Positions 25,120 to 37,686 of a DNA stretch of 56,468 bases are shown here, in pieces (within the stretch, counting starts at the first letter, position 1; every line of letters begins with the position of its first letter). Origin of the DNA: Bilabrum cf. latius (taxonomy: Eukaryota); NCBI GenBank assembly GCA_965178125.1, contig OZ237750.1, positions 1,116,001-1,172,468 on the forward strand. Direction: 5' to 3'. The position numbers were made by a program, and so were the translations under genes. The notes under the pieces were generated by a model. The model was not told where the DNA came from. It was given only the letters and a program-made list of their open reading frames with translations, and searched no databases.

Positions 25120-27916
25120 ATGAGTAGCTTCGTGGACGAAACGGCGGACAAGTTGGCGTACCTATTGAAGGAGCACGTAAGATGGCTTGTGGCGAAAGTC
25201 TGCAACCCGAGCACGTCACTTGGACGGTGGCCTGTGCGCTATTCCAACTCTCGTATTTCGCAGAGAACAACAAGAGCAATTACAAGTTTATCATTTCGCA
25301 ACGTCCAGGGAAGCAAAATCGCCTGTGCTGGCATGGCACTGGATTGCGCTATAAAAGCAACTTGCGGTGCGTTCAGGGCTATTCATGCGACAGACTGCCT
25401 CCTTCTGCTGATGCTAAGTGTCCCAGCCATAGTTTTGTCGAATCCACTTGCAACGCGCAGATTTCCCGTCGGGGCGGCGATCTGCTTGGTCCTCCGTCGA
25501 GTCTTGCACAGCATCGCCCGACTTTAGGTGGCCACTCCTGTCTACCACAGCTGACAAGGCGCTTATCAAGGCTTCGATTGAGCTTTTCTGCAGAGCTCCA
25601 GGTCGGAGTGCTGCGCGCTGCACCGGCGGAGCTGCCGCTGCATCGTCCCGTGCACCCCCAGACATTCCAGACGGGAATTGGATGGCAGTGGCTGAGGTAG
25701 ACATAGAGCTCAACAAAATAATCCATATTGGCCTAGATGTGCTGGATCTATCCGCCATGGAAGAATATTCGCCAGCATTGCCTGCGAACGCGTGGTTTGT
25801 CGAGCTGCTCGACGGCTTCTACTGCGATCTCCCAACCGCACAGTGCCTCGCTGCTGTGCGGCCTTTGCCCAGCTAGCCCCCGCCCCCACCGGACTACTGC
25901 GGTACAGTGCCCCCCGATCTACCAGACGCCACTCTCAGGCTTCAAACTAGGGAGTCGGCCCGTGATCCCATACCGAGCAGCGGCAGTGCGTCGGCAGATC
26001 GTGATACCACTGGAGGCTCTCGCTGGGCCCTTTCCAACGGCGCAGTACCGAATTTGCAGGACGCAGTGGATGTCGCTGATATATCCGCATCGTATCCGGC
26101 GTCTGTAGCTGTGTCTGCGGCATGGTCGGGCGGCAATGATGACCGGGAGAGGCCGGCACCGGCACCGGCAGCCGACCAGTCCTCTGCGCCCAACGGTGAT
26201 GGGCGGCCTGGGTCTGTGCCTGCCAGAAGATCCACCTCACTGACAAGCGGGGGGCTGCCAGCCGTAGCCCCGTCCATCATTCGGCGTCCCAGCGATGCCA
26301 CGTCTGTGGGCTCTCGCTCCTCCAGGCGATCCGGCGGAGGGACACGAAGTCGGGCGGGCCCCACTCGACACAGGAAGCGTACCAGGCGAGGAGTCGGGTC
26401 CCAGTTGCGGTCCCGGCTGGTCGCGCGGCCGTAGATCAGGGGTGGGCCCGACTGCGACCCTGTGCTTGACTGCGGCGAGCTGCGTCTTGACTTGGCCATG
26501 GACGCAGCGGCAGCACTCACGGACCTTCAGGCCGAGTCGGGGGCGTTGGCGGCGCAGCTGGCTCGTGCTCGAGCCGTGCGGTCAGGAGCTGGGAACTCGT
26601 CCAGTCTCTCTTCTGCTGACTGTAGAAGGGCGGCGTTGGCGCAGCAGCTCGCCCGCTTGCGTGCTCGCAACCAGGACTTGGAGCGGGAGCAGGAGGAGGA
26701 CCTGCGGCGGATCGGGGGAGCCTTACAGAACCACCATGGCTAGCGTGGCCGCGCAAAGGCCCCTGCTGCTAAAGCGCTCGGTTTATCCGGGCAAGAGGCA
26801 TCGTCAGGTGGAGTTGGCCATTCCAGTCTTCTAGAATCGGAAGTGCGGGCTATGAGCGCTGCCTCCGCTGCAGCGGAGTGGCGCAGGCACGTGTGTCGCC
26901 GCCGATATGAACTGCTGTCCTAGGTCTGGCAGGAGTTTTAGCTGGCAGAAGTCTCGTCGGACCGGACGCACACCATTCGTGGGATTACGCCGCAGTCGCG
27001 TCCACCGTCCGATTTGAAACCAGACTCGGCTGAAGCAGAGCAGTCTGCAACTGCCAACGGCTATGCGGCTCAGCTGGTCGCGCTGACCAGCAAAATCGCC
27101 GGAGTGCCTCTGAGGTTCACACCCGTGTTCGCCGAGTCTCGATCGTATGTCCTGGACGACGCCACAAGGCGTCCCGCTGCTCGATGGCCGCTGTTCCTTG
27201 CCAAGAGCGGCGGGGCTGCAGCCTCCCTTGCCATGGAGAGGGGCGAGTCAGCTCTCAAGGCGTGCGTAGGGCAGCTGACTGAGGCTGCGGTGCTGGTGAG
27301 GGCCAGGGCCCACGCTGCAGGCGGCGGGCGTGCAGTGGAGCGGCCAGCTGCCGAGCTACCTGCCACTGAGCCCGCCGTGAGTCGGTGCATCGGCGGCACG
27401 GTCTTGAGTGGTCTGTACCAGCTCGGGGGCAAGTTGCGATACCTGGCAGCGGCTGCCTTCGGAGGGCCGCTGCCCCTGCACGTACCCAGTGGCACTGCCA
27501 GTGATTCATCGGATGATCTGTATCAGTGGGTGGCCGGGTAGATTTCAGAAAGTATGTCGAGGGGCATCGATTCGGAATCCGCGCGACTGGCCTGGTCCGA
27601 ACGGAGCTTGTGGCCGCTGCGGCCGACTCTGCTGGGGTTGGGAGATCCAAGCCTGAGACACTCTTCGGTCGCTGGCTCGCAGGCTGGAAATTCCAGGGCA
27701 GTCGTCGGTAGCTCGGAACCGTGTTCAAAAGCCAGACCGCCCTCACGCACCGGTTCAGCTTACGTAGAACGTGGCCAGGTTGAGGCGGCTCCGGGTTCTC
27801 CGTCAGCAAAGAGCACGGCTGCACAGGCCAGCACGGGCAGACAGGCGCCAGAGGCGCAAAGCAATAGCCGTGCAATCGAGGCTGCAGCTGCCTCGCTTGT
27901 GGCTACCTTAGGATGA
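25120..27916 (+). CDS. UVRAG: UVRAG/VPS38-like (ATG14 family) subunit of class III PI3K complex II; probable introns 25177-25263 and 25367-25460
   Basis: A coiled coil is followed by ATANGYAAQLVALTSKIAGVPLRFTPVFAESRSYVLD..WPLF, which resembles UVRAG ALGYTAHLVSMIS..LQVPLRYPI...SRSTI.D..FPLY. The N-terminus is C2-like. ORFs from 25448 to 27916 are co-framed across TAGs. Confidence 0.75.
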
Positions 27917-28350
27917 GTGATGTCTCGTCAAGCATTCGGCATAGATCAGTCCAACCAGCGGGACAACCAAGCCCACCGAGTAGTGGGGCCATTCGCCCAA
28001 CGGCAGCTAGTCCTGACTACACAAGGGCAACATCAGTCACAGAAGGCCTATCAGCAGCTGGAGCAAGCATACAACTGACTGCTTGCATCGCATTTTGCCT
28101 CGCGCTGCCGCTGTTGTCGCAAGCGCTGCTGCTCGCAGTTGATACAGCAGCAAGCTGTGCGCAGAGTGTTGACACCTGCGAATACGAATTATATTACAAG
28201 AATCTGGTCACTCCAAATGTTTTGAGTGACAGCACTGCTGCATCTGGAGGCTCACTACCTGCAAGCTGGATCGACCAAAAGTGCGTAGATCAATACTGGG
28301 ACCAATCCGAGCAGCAAGCTACAACTCGGCTGTCATTCGAATTATCTAAA

Positions 28351-29754
28351 ATGGGGTTGCAACAGGTAAACGAGCAGCCGGGGTGGATCTGGCTGCTAAT
28401 CCTCTGCCACCCAGATGTTGAGGTGCACAGGGCTACCCCGATGCATGCTGCAGCCGCAACCCCGGGCCAGGCACGGACTGGTGCAGGTGCCAGTATGGCG
28501 TATCAAGAGGCAATTACCTAGCACGCTGGGGCTTTGCCGTCTATCGTGCACCAGACATGGAAGCAGGGCCGAGCTGTCTCGATCCCGGACCGATGGGCGT
28601 CGTGCGCAGCCTCTTGGACCAGGCCATGGCTGCAGCGGCCCAAAGGAAAGGATGCGGAGGATATGCCGAGCAAGTCGGTGCGAATACTGTGGGGCGATCA
28701 GGCATTGGAGGATGCCGTGCGGTGGCTCGCCCCCTGGCTCATTCCGACCTACCTCAGCTATCCGACGATGGTGCAGCGGACAGATGCGGCTCGCCTGGTA
28801 CTGCTGCTCGCATTTGGGGGGGTGTATGCGGATCTCGATGTGTGCGTGATATCAGACCATGAGGGGGGGGTGCACAGGGCGACGTGGGGCGAGGTGTTGG
28901 ACGGGTCCCACGGACTCGTGCTCCCAGCGACAGAGCCGATGGGAGTCTCCAATGACCTGATGGCAGCTGCACCTGGGCACCCGTTGCTGTGGGCTGCAGT
29001 CCGCGCCCTCCCTCGACATGCCCTGCCGGTCTCGTCGTGGCTGTACCTGGAGTACCTGCGTGTGCTGGCCACCACTGGGCCGCTCCTCGTCTCGGAGCAG
29101 CTGCTGGCCATGCGGGGAGCAGAGGCCATCGCAGCGGCTAGAATATCCCTGAACCGTGCCATCACGAACAGGCAAGCCTCCTGCGGGTCAAAGTTTCCGC
29201 CGGTGAATTCGACAGGGGTCCGCATCCTGACCAAGGCCGAGTACGCGAGCAGGGATGCTCTTGCGGGGCACTCGTTGGTGCGGCACGTGAGGGGGTCTTC
29301 GTGGCACAACGAAGGTGGCGACTTGCTATGGCGGGGCTGGATCAGGATGCAGAGGCTAGGGGTCCCGACCAGTGTGGCGATCGCGGTCCTGGTGGTCCTG
29401 TACATCGTCGTGGTGCTGATCCTGCCGCTAGTCCCTGTCGTGGCTGCGGTGGCGTGGCTGTGCAGGTGGCGGCCGGGAGGACTATTGCTCGGGTGGTGGC
29501 TGCAGATGTTTTCTTGCCGACTAGCAGCGGCTCTAGTGAGACCTCGAGCTCGCGTGCTGCCGCTGCAGCGAGCTCCTGACAAGGGGACTTCGCTGCAAGC
29601 GCTCCAGCAAGCTCCCAGTTTCTTGCTGAGCATATGCTGCTGGCCCATATCATCCACGTGCTGCTCGCGCGAATGCTGGCATCGCGCATCGCTTGTCCTG
29701 GGATGCCAGTCGGAAGGTGTAACGAGCATCGCTGATTGTGTCTCGGGGGGGTGA
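28351..29754 (+). CDS. GT32 (SUR1/OCH1-like, DxD) glycosyltransferase; start uncertain
   Basis: PSIVHQTWK, TDAARLVLLLAFGGVYADLDV, SNDLMAAAPGHP, TTGP, H..GSSWH and a C-terminal TM. In-frame TAG at 28519-28521; ends TGA. Confidence 0.85.
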
Positions 29755-29886
29755 TAAACTGCTCTGCATCATAGTGATTTGCCGGTTTCCTTGAGTTGTT
29801 GTCGCAAAATGAAGGTAACTTGAAATAATGCGCTTGTCATGAGTTCCAAAATTTTACCATACTATCAGCAGCGAGCCGCTGCGGCA

Positions 29887-30342
29887 TCATGATTCGTCGT
29901 CCTGTGTCGGGGCAACTCCAGCAGTTGTGTCTGGGTTCTCTCGGAGCCACTTTGGAGAATAAGTTACCGGAATGGTATCAAGCTTTGCTGCAACGATAAA
30001 GTCGTTTATTGTTATCCCTCCCCTAGCGTGTGTAGTAAGCTCCACTGTCACCGTTCGGTATGAAGTAATGTGCAAGTCTGGGTGATGGCCCAGAGCATCC
30101 GCGGCCTCGCCGTAGGCCTGGAGACAGGCCATCGCGCAGTGGAAATTCTTAGCAATAAACTGTCTCTCCAACTTCGACCCGTCCGGAACAAGGCTCCAAG
30201 ACTTGCATATTTGGTCTCTCCGGGCCTATATATCTTCTGGGTCCAACAGCTGGGCTTCCCCCCCATCCCGTGCGCATGGTACACACTTCATAGTAAGCAG
30301 GTCGGATGAACCAGCAGCAGCTGGTACCGACGATGCCGCCAT
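29887..30342 (-). CDS. Pterin-4-alpha-carbinolamine dehydratase (PCD/PhhB family)
   Basis: LLTMKCVPC...LDPEDI*ARR...LERQFIAKNF...GHHPDLHITSYRTVTVELTTHARGGITINDFIVAAKLD. One in-frame TAG at 30226-30228; ends TGA. Confidence 0.9.
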
Positions 30343-30536
30343 GTCTCGGGTTTGCTGGAACAGAGCGTCGTTAAGCCTTTCGAATATGGGGGATCCACGT
30401 AGTGTGTGGTGCCACAGTGATGACGACAGGAAGACCTCTGCATCACTCATGCACCACTGGCAGGCAGTGTACAACCAAAAGCCTCCTTAAAGAAAACGAA
30501 TAGGTCTGTTATAAATCATAAAACCATAGCGTGACC

Positions 30537-32003
30537 TCACAGTCGCACGACGTAGCTAGAGCTCTGAGTAACGTACCGCACCCACCTCTGCGGCTTGTAA
30601 GCAGCCGCCGTTTCGCTGATGCGGAGGTACTTCACCTGCAGCTGGGACACGTTGTACATGGGCACCTCGAACTAGAGCGCGACTGGACCGAGCTCCTTGC
30701 GGGTGGCGCTGTTACCTGAGGGCTTCGACAGTGTTATGTGAGTCCGCAGCGTAGCCTCCATCCCACCTTGCAGCTTCTCGATGAGCCAGGACACTCTCTT
30801 GCCTTTAGCGTCGTACTCTGCCACTTGCGTACCCTCCTTCTTACTGCTAGAACTGCCTGCCCCCGATGAAGCCCCCGAAGCAGCCCCACGCCGCGCACTG
30901 GCAATCCCAGGGCCGCCCGTCACCACCGGGTTCACCGTGGCGGCCGCGCTGGGGACTGGGAACCGCACCACGATATGAGACCCCGCACTGGATGCAGGGA
31001 TATCCGCTCTAACCTTGAGTACAAAGTCCACCCGCGTGGGGGAGATGGTCTCCAAGTACGGCTGCACCCTGAAGGGGGCTCTGAACTCGCCCGCCACTCG
31101 ATAGGTCATCACGTTGAACTCGCCGTCCGGAGGCACCAAGCTTAGCACACGCCCCGTCTCGAACTCGGAGAGATTGACGCAGTCGTGAAATACCGCGTCA
31201 TCAAGGCACACCTGCCCGCCGTGCGCGTGCTTCGCTGCCTCTTTACCGATGAGCAGGTCCGGATTGAGGGCCATCCGCAGAGGGGGGTTACCGGACAAGA
31301 AGCTCTTCATGACGATCGCGCCATCAACGGTTGAATTCAGCACGTACCCACTACTATTGATCAGTACAGAGATCCGCTCAAGTATATCAACGTAGATCTC
31401 ATTCTTCTTCGAGTCGGTAGTTGATCGGTTCACAGCCGAGTGAGGTACCGTCGTTGGTTTACGCAAGGAAAACCGACTGGCTGAAGGAACAGGGGCCACC
31501 ATGATTGGGGTGTTGTGCACGTACATCTTCAGTGCCTCCGTGGACGTAGCCTGTGGATACCCAAAGTCGAGCATCTCATCGAGCAGTTCGTAGATCAGCA
31601 CGAAATTCTTCCGGATCGCTTCTTCGCTCAGAATCCCGCAATAGTCCTTGCACACCCCTACAATCCTCTACAAAACCTCGATGGTCGTGGCAGGGCTTAC
31701 GTTAAACTTCGTTGTTGCAACGAAATAGAGGTTGCTTCGCTTCACGAATGCAAACGTTACATCCTCAAGCTGGAACACTGGCGGAGGCTCGCCCCCCTTC
31801 CAAAACTTTACAGCGTGGTAGAAGTCCTCGCTGGAACCCTTGCTGACGTCGGAGCGCACTGCGACGTTGGCATGTCTTGCAAAACTCCTGCTAGTGTCCT
31901 GCTGCAGAACGAACGCGAAGCAACGAACCCGATGCTTCAACTCACTTTGTTTGTTTATTATAGTGTCTCCTCTTGGCGACAGCACAAAAAACTGAGATAA
32001 CAT
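30537..32003 (-). CDS. AP4M1: AP-4 complex mu subunit; intron about 31859-31945
   Basis: MLSQFFVLSPRGDTII, VKFWKG, KDYCGILSEEAIRKNFVLIYELLDEMLDFGYPQ.TSTE.LK and C-terminal GPVAL*FEVPMYNVSQLQVKYLRI..RWVRYVTQSSSYVVRL-TGA. TAG at 31668 and 30672 falls inside conserved domains. Confidence 0.93.
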
Positions 32004-32132
32004 GGCAAGACCTGAACGAATCGAAGAGATTGCCTGCGCGTGGCGGGGCGAATCCTAGTGGCGCCGCGCAGCTGAGCGGAACCAAGTCGAAGTGGGAAAA
32101 TCTTGAAACCGCATCGCAAGGCGCCTTAGTAC

Positions 32133-34106
32133 TCAATCTTCATCGCTCAAGCCTATTTCATTCGGATCCTCGGCACACGTTGTCTCAGTAGCCCCTCCCA
32201 AGTGCAGGACGCCTACTGTTGGCTTCGCCGCCAAGGGTGCACCGTGACTCGAGGCCAACGCGATCTTCGCAACAGAACCCTCAGACACGGGGGTCGCGGC
32301 ACCTGCACCTACAGAGCTCCCGCCCAAGCCACTGCCTGTCCGTACAACAGTCACATCACTTCCCTTGCATGGAACAGTCCCAACGTGCGGCAGTCCCAGT
32401 GCTAGCAAGAGCGAGTCCAGCTAGGGGTTCCCTACAGGCCCTGGCACGCTTACTCTGGCGCCTGGGTATCCCCACGGAGTTCGGGGAGCTGGCCGGGCCG
32501 GGGGGGTTGGTAATTGGGCCGCCATCTGCCGGGCGGGAGTCCAGGTTGGTGCCAAAGGCCGCGATGATAGCCCAGATGTGTGCGTGCATTCCACCACAGC
32601 AGCTCCAGCCCCAGCAAAAGAGGAAGATGTGCTCCTGAATGCAGGGACAGTGCGCACGAAATTGCAGGGAATGGGAACTGCCAAACCTTGCACCAACTCT
32701 GGCAAACTACCGCAGAGCGGCTCCGCACCTGGGTGTGGCCTAGTGGGTCCCTTGCTGCTTGCTGCTGGGGCGGATCCTTCGCTGCCTGCTGCCGAGGTGG
32801 ATCCTTCGCTGCTTGCCGCAGCAGCTTCAACTGGTCGTGTCAAGTCACGCGAAGCACATACGGGCCAATTCCTCGACGCAGCGTCTTGTAGCTTTGAGAG
32901 CGCGTCCATGACAGCAGTGCGGGGCGGGGGATTCACCAGCAGGGGCGGGCTGCCTTGCGGCCGAGGCCACGGGTGTCTGGGCTGTGCTGCGTGTGTGACC
33001 CGGTGCACAGCGGTCATCACTGGATCGAAGCATAGTACAGGCCGCTAGGTCTCATCTTCAGGTCGCCCAGACTCGGTGGGTACATGTGCTGATGCTAGAG
33101 CAGAAGCTACCAGCCAAGGCTCGGGATGCAGCTCGGCAGGTGTCGAGGAGCTCGTCTTGAGGCACTGCTCCGCGCACTCCACCACGTGCTGCGGGACGGG
33201 CACCTGCACCACCTGCAGAAATTGCCTGCGAGGGACCGCCTTGTCTAAGGCTAAGAATCGTGTAGTCCTTGGAACATGGTCTCGACCCTGGGGAGACTCC
33301 AAATGCTCGCCGACTCCCTCTGATGTCTCAGAGGCACCGAGTGCCGGCCGGGCGGGATCGCTGTCAGCATGTCGGACGACAGCAGCAAATTTGACATGCA
33401 AATGGGCAGCAAGCCAAAATCTGGGCTGCACATGCATCAATACGTTCATCGCAGCCGGATTGCCGAGACGGTTGCATTCAATGTCGCTTCGAAACAAGGG
33501 CTTGTAGCGCAAAAGGCCTTCTTGGTCTCCGAAACGCGATATTCCCGCAGGCCAGTCATGGCTTACCATGATATCCACGGCATACTGTCTCCCGAACGCA
33601 TTAATTCGAGCAATGTCATGTTCCCTAACGTGGTACACAGAGCGAATCTCGTCAGGACCGAGCGGATTACGTTCATGGTGCCCCTTAGTGAAATCAGCAT
33701 GCTTAAATATCCCCGAAAATCCGCTAATGCGTAAGCCACCAAATAGCACAGAACCTGCCTGGCCGAGATAGTAAATTCCAGGAGCAGCCCAGCCACCCAG
33801 CGGAAGCTCAAGCATGTGTGAAGACGCCTCGTGGTTGCCACCAACGAACAAGACAGGAATATGCGGGGTCACCTGACCGCAGTAATACTTCCAAAATGAC
33901 CCCATAGACCTGTACTTCATGGGGCAAGACATGGTCTCGAGGTCGGCTTCGTTACGAACAGCTTGGAAGTCCCCGCAACAGATCAACAAGTCCACTGGTT
34001 CTCCGGACACGCGCTCCACGTCCTTCACTGCATCTAAGATGGCAGGAAGTTCTCCATGCGCACAGCCTTCCACTGCAATCCGAAGGCTGCGCTATACACT
34101 CGGCAT
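32133..34106 (-). CDS. DBR1: RNA lariat debranching enzyme
   Basis: RIAVEGCAHGEL, DLLICCGDFQAVRN, FVGGNHEAS, SHDWP, AAHLHVKFAA and TRFLALDK. Extended N- and C-terminally across TAGs (near 34092, 33045 and 32421) to TGA at 32133. Confidence 0.93.
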
Positions 34107-34206
34107 AGCCTTCGAAATGGGGGCGCGATGGCTTTGCGTGCACCAGCATGCGCTGCAGCTTCACCGCAGGCCTTGCAACTTTGAAAGGTCGAATACGGCC
34201 TCCAAT

Positions 34207-35639
34207 TCATGCCTGCTGCTGGCACAGGGATCCAGATCCTTGAATCTCGCAGATGCTGGAATCCTCGGGCCACAGCTATTGACCGAAGTCACCCTAGTAG
34301 CGGCTTGCATCCCCCGCAGATGCCCTCTCGTGCAGCGGCTCACCTGTCGACACTCGCTCGAAAGCATCCCTGATCGCAGCGGCGCCCATGTGACGGACGG
34401 AGCCCGTGCCCCCCCGGGCCTTGGGCGTGCCCCCCCACCCTGACGCTGTCACCCTGGCTTGCTCCAGCAACCCCGTGAGCTCGTGGACCCCTGCATCAGC
34501 CCTGGCAAGGATGGAAGTCAGACCTCGCACTGCAGCCTCACGGGCCGCGCCCCGGCCCCCCTACACCGAGACTGCGTCGCTGGCATCCAGCCGCTGCCCT
34601 GCCCTGGCTATTTCTGCAGCTCGGCTCAGCGCCAGTACTGCAGCGTCATAGTCTGTCGGAATGCCAGACATAGCCCCTGCTGGCTGCGCCTATGCCTGTC
34701 CAAGAGCCAGGCACGAACTCGCATAGCTGTGAGCTGCCCACACAGAAAGAGATCCTGCTTCCGTTTCCCAGCGACGAGCCAGATGCGCCCCCTACCCACA
34801 CAGATTCCCGAGCTAGGATGCCCCTCGCGACGTCTCTCTCAGCTAGCCACGACCCTGAAGGCGAATAAGACCTGCATGTAGGGTCGCTGCGGTATGACCA
34901 GCCGAGCCAGCAGCGTCGTACTCCCGTAGTGCACCTGCGGGGTCCTGCTTGGTGCCCAGGCCGTACTCGAGCAGCACCCCTCTGTAGAAATGGCACTCGC
35001 CTGACACCCAGCCAGGTGTTCCTACTTCACCACGCCCATGCGCTACACCTGCAATAGAATCGCCGCATGCATGATTGAAGTATACCCAGGCTGCAGTGAA
35101 GTTACCACTCATTGTCCCGCCCATCGGTAACGACACAGACCGTTCCATCGAAGCCTTCATGCCTCCTGCGCCCGGGAGTTCTCCACGATACGCCAAAAGA
35201 CCGAGTCTTAGAGCACTTGGGGCATCATTGCGTGCGGCTGCGCTCCGGAGCCAGGCAAGTGCCGCGCGCTTGTTCGGTTTGAGCCCACCGCATCGCTCAA
35301 GCAAGCACTTTCCCAGCAACGCTTGAGCTTCCACGTGCCCGGACGTTGCAGCAGAGCGCAAATATGCCACCGCGACAGAAACAAACTAAGTCTTGATAGG
35401 CTGAGTCGTTAGTATGTTCGCAGCAAACAGATACTGCGAAGCTGCGGTGTCTTGGTTGGGAGCTCGCAGTGTTCCATGGTTTCCCGGTGGATGCCGCAAT
35501 CAAAAAGCAAAAATTGATACTCACTATGACTGCCGAGTTTTGACTGCTCCAAGAGCTCTTGTTGCTCCACAGAAAGCTGCTCAGCAATTGCGGAGACCGC
35601 AACGCTCACGAGAACTGCCATAGCGCCATATATCAGCAT
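34207..35639 (-). CDS. Secretory SEL1-repeat protein (probable intron near 35450-35525)
   Basis: Signal-peptide-like start MAVLVSVAVSAIA. SEL1 repeats AYLRSAATSGHVEAQALLG, ALAWLRSAAARNDAPSALRLG and YRGVLLEYGLGTKQDPAGA. The frame continues across several TAG to TGA. Confidence 0.7.
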
Positions 35640-35883
35640 CCTGGAGTCTAGACGCACTGCCCGGCACGGATCTATGATTGACTCAATAAAGGGACATCAG
35701 CATATAAAGTGAAAATTCGACTGTTATTTGTCAGCACCGCATCATTGAAGCTTTGTGGCACTCCGAATTGAAAAAGCGCTCCAAACATTTTGCTACCAAA
35801 CCTAGCTCAATATATCTGAAATGATGGTATAAACTGACCATCACGATTCATCACATACTTAACGGCTCCTAGGGTGCGTGCCT

Positions 35884-37593
35884 ATGCGATTGAGGCCGTG
35901 TAAAACCAAGAATCTGATTTTAGTCGTCGCCGCGGTTTTGGCTGTGGTCGTGCTGGCCCTCTCTCCCTTCACGCTGTTGAGTAGTCCTAGCACTCTAAGA
36001 CGAATTTTTAGGACAGTAGCTTCTTGGAAATTTTCTGGCTGGTCGATTGGTGTTGCCAACTAGCATCAGAACGTGGTATTCATGCCAGTATAGACAAAGA
36101 CAACCAGGAGCAGCACCGGAATCAGAATATGCAAGTAGCACCCACTTGATGAGAAAAATGCAGGATGGGTAGTATCAGTTGGTAGTGGTGCTCATGGCAA
36201 CCTGATTCTGGTCGGGATATTTTCAACCCGTGGCTCAGAGCAGCAGGGATCGGCTCTACGCGTTGCTTCTCGATGGGGGCTGTCAAGTAGTAGCGGGAGG
36301 CTATCGTAGGATGTCATGTGCAATGTGTACAAGTATAAATCGTATTCCAGTCCGAGTTCAGATGCTTACCTTCTCGCTGAAATCACTTGCGAGCCTCCGC
36401 GACAGGGCCAGTACACCCCCAGAATGTACCCTAGCAGAGCAAGGTCAGGAATCGAGATCGAGCTGCAAATACAATGGACCTCATCGACTGAATCAAGCGA
36501 TTCTACAGGCCTTCGCCTCTCGCTGTGCGAGGATTGGCGACCCGAGGGCCACGTCTTCGCTGGGGCATGCCTCGCCTCCCATAGCCATGGACACGATCAA
36601 TCTGCAAGTCAGGCTATCAGCTTACTTGCTGCCGGTGTGCAACATGTCTGGAGGTATAGCTTCTAGGTGCCGCACGACGGGTCATTGGGTCTCCCGGCAG
36701 GCACAGCCAACATGACTGCGCCGGCTAGGAGCGGCTCCCCTTCTGGCTATCCGCGCCGCACGTGCCCTCGGCTCGCTCGAGGGAGCATCCCGCCGCCAGG
36801 CATAGACGTGGAACGGGGTAGTCTATTGCAACCGCTACAATACGCGTGGCGCAGATACACTTCGTCTGCTTCGATTGTTGTTCCGACTAGGGTACGCAGC
36901 GCAGGTGCTGACTTGCTGCGAGCTGCTGCGGAGGCTGCTTGCCGTATCACGCATGCGAGTCACTCAAACTGGATCATTTCTGTGCCGCCAGGCACTGCAA
37001 TGGCATGCCGGGGATGCCACTTGTCCGCCGGCTTGCACGCATCTGAGTATTCCCCGGTGGGGGCTCCTTCGCGCCCGGAGAGGGACTCGGGATGTCACGC
37101 CAACTAGACAGCCTAGTGCCGAGCGCTGCTGCAAATCAGTGGGGGTTGCGCAGATGTGGACAGATTCCCCCTTGTTGCGCTGCTGAAGCAGCTGCAGGTT
37201 CAAAGTATGCCTCCTCCGAGTTCGATCCGGATGATGGTACAGCAGGCCGATGGCAGCAAACGACTGGAGCCAGTTTGGCACAGATCGGGCAAAACAGTAG
37301 GCAATTCAGTCGCCCGGTCGCCTTAGGAGAGCATGTATGTTACGAAGCGTACACCAGTGCTCACATCGGACCGGCTTAAGTTTGAGATGGTCGCGATGGC
37401 GCTTGGTGGTAGCAGCCAGTTGCAGGGTGGCAACTCATACGCCCAGCACCAGCAAGATGCTGCGCTACGCGATAAATCTGGGAATGGATTGGTTCAGGCG
37501 AAGTTGCACGCTGTATGCCCATCGTTGAATGATGTGTCGAGCGGGGAACGGTGGGGGCGTTGCTTGCAAATGAGCTTAGTATCCCTTGAATGA
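35884..37593 (+). CDS. Hypothetical type II membrane / secretory-pathway protein (about 569 aa)
   Basis: N-terminal signal anchor (LILVVAAVLAVVVLALSPF). ORFs 35878, 36316, 36667 and 37333 are co-framed and broken only by TAG; ends TGA. Confidence 0.65.
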
Positions 37594-37686
37594 TCCTGAT
37601 GTGCCTATGGCTCAGTCTGTGTGTCATATCCATCCGGATAAGTACAACTTGATCTCGAGGCGTCCATGCGCCACCCCATCATAAAT

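Noticed and set aside
27913-27916. ATGA start/stop overlap between UVRAG and the GT32 frame, suggesting translational coupling
   Set aside because: The genome is eukaryotic and the upstream part of that ORF has no recognisable homology. The true start is probably further downstream.
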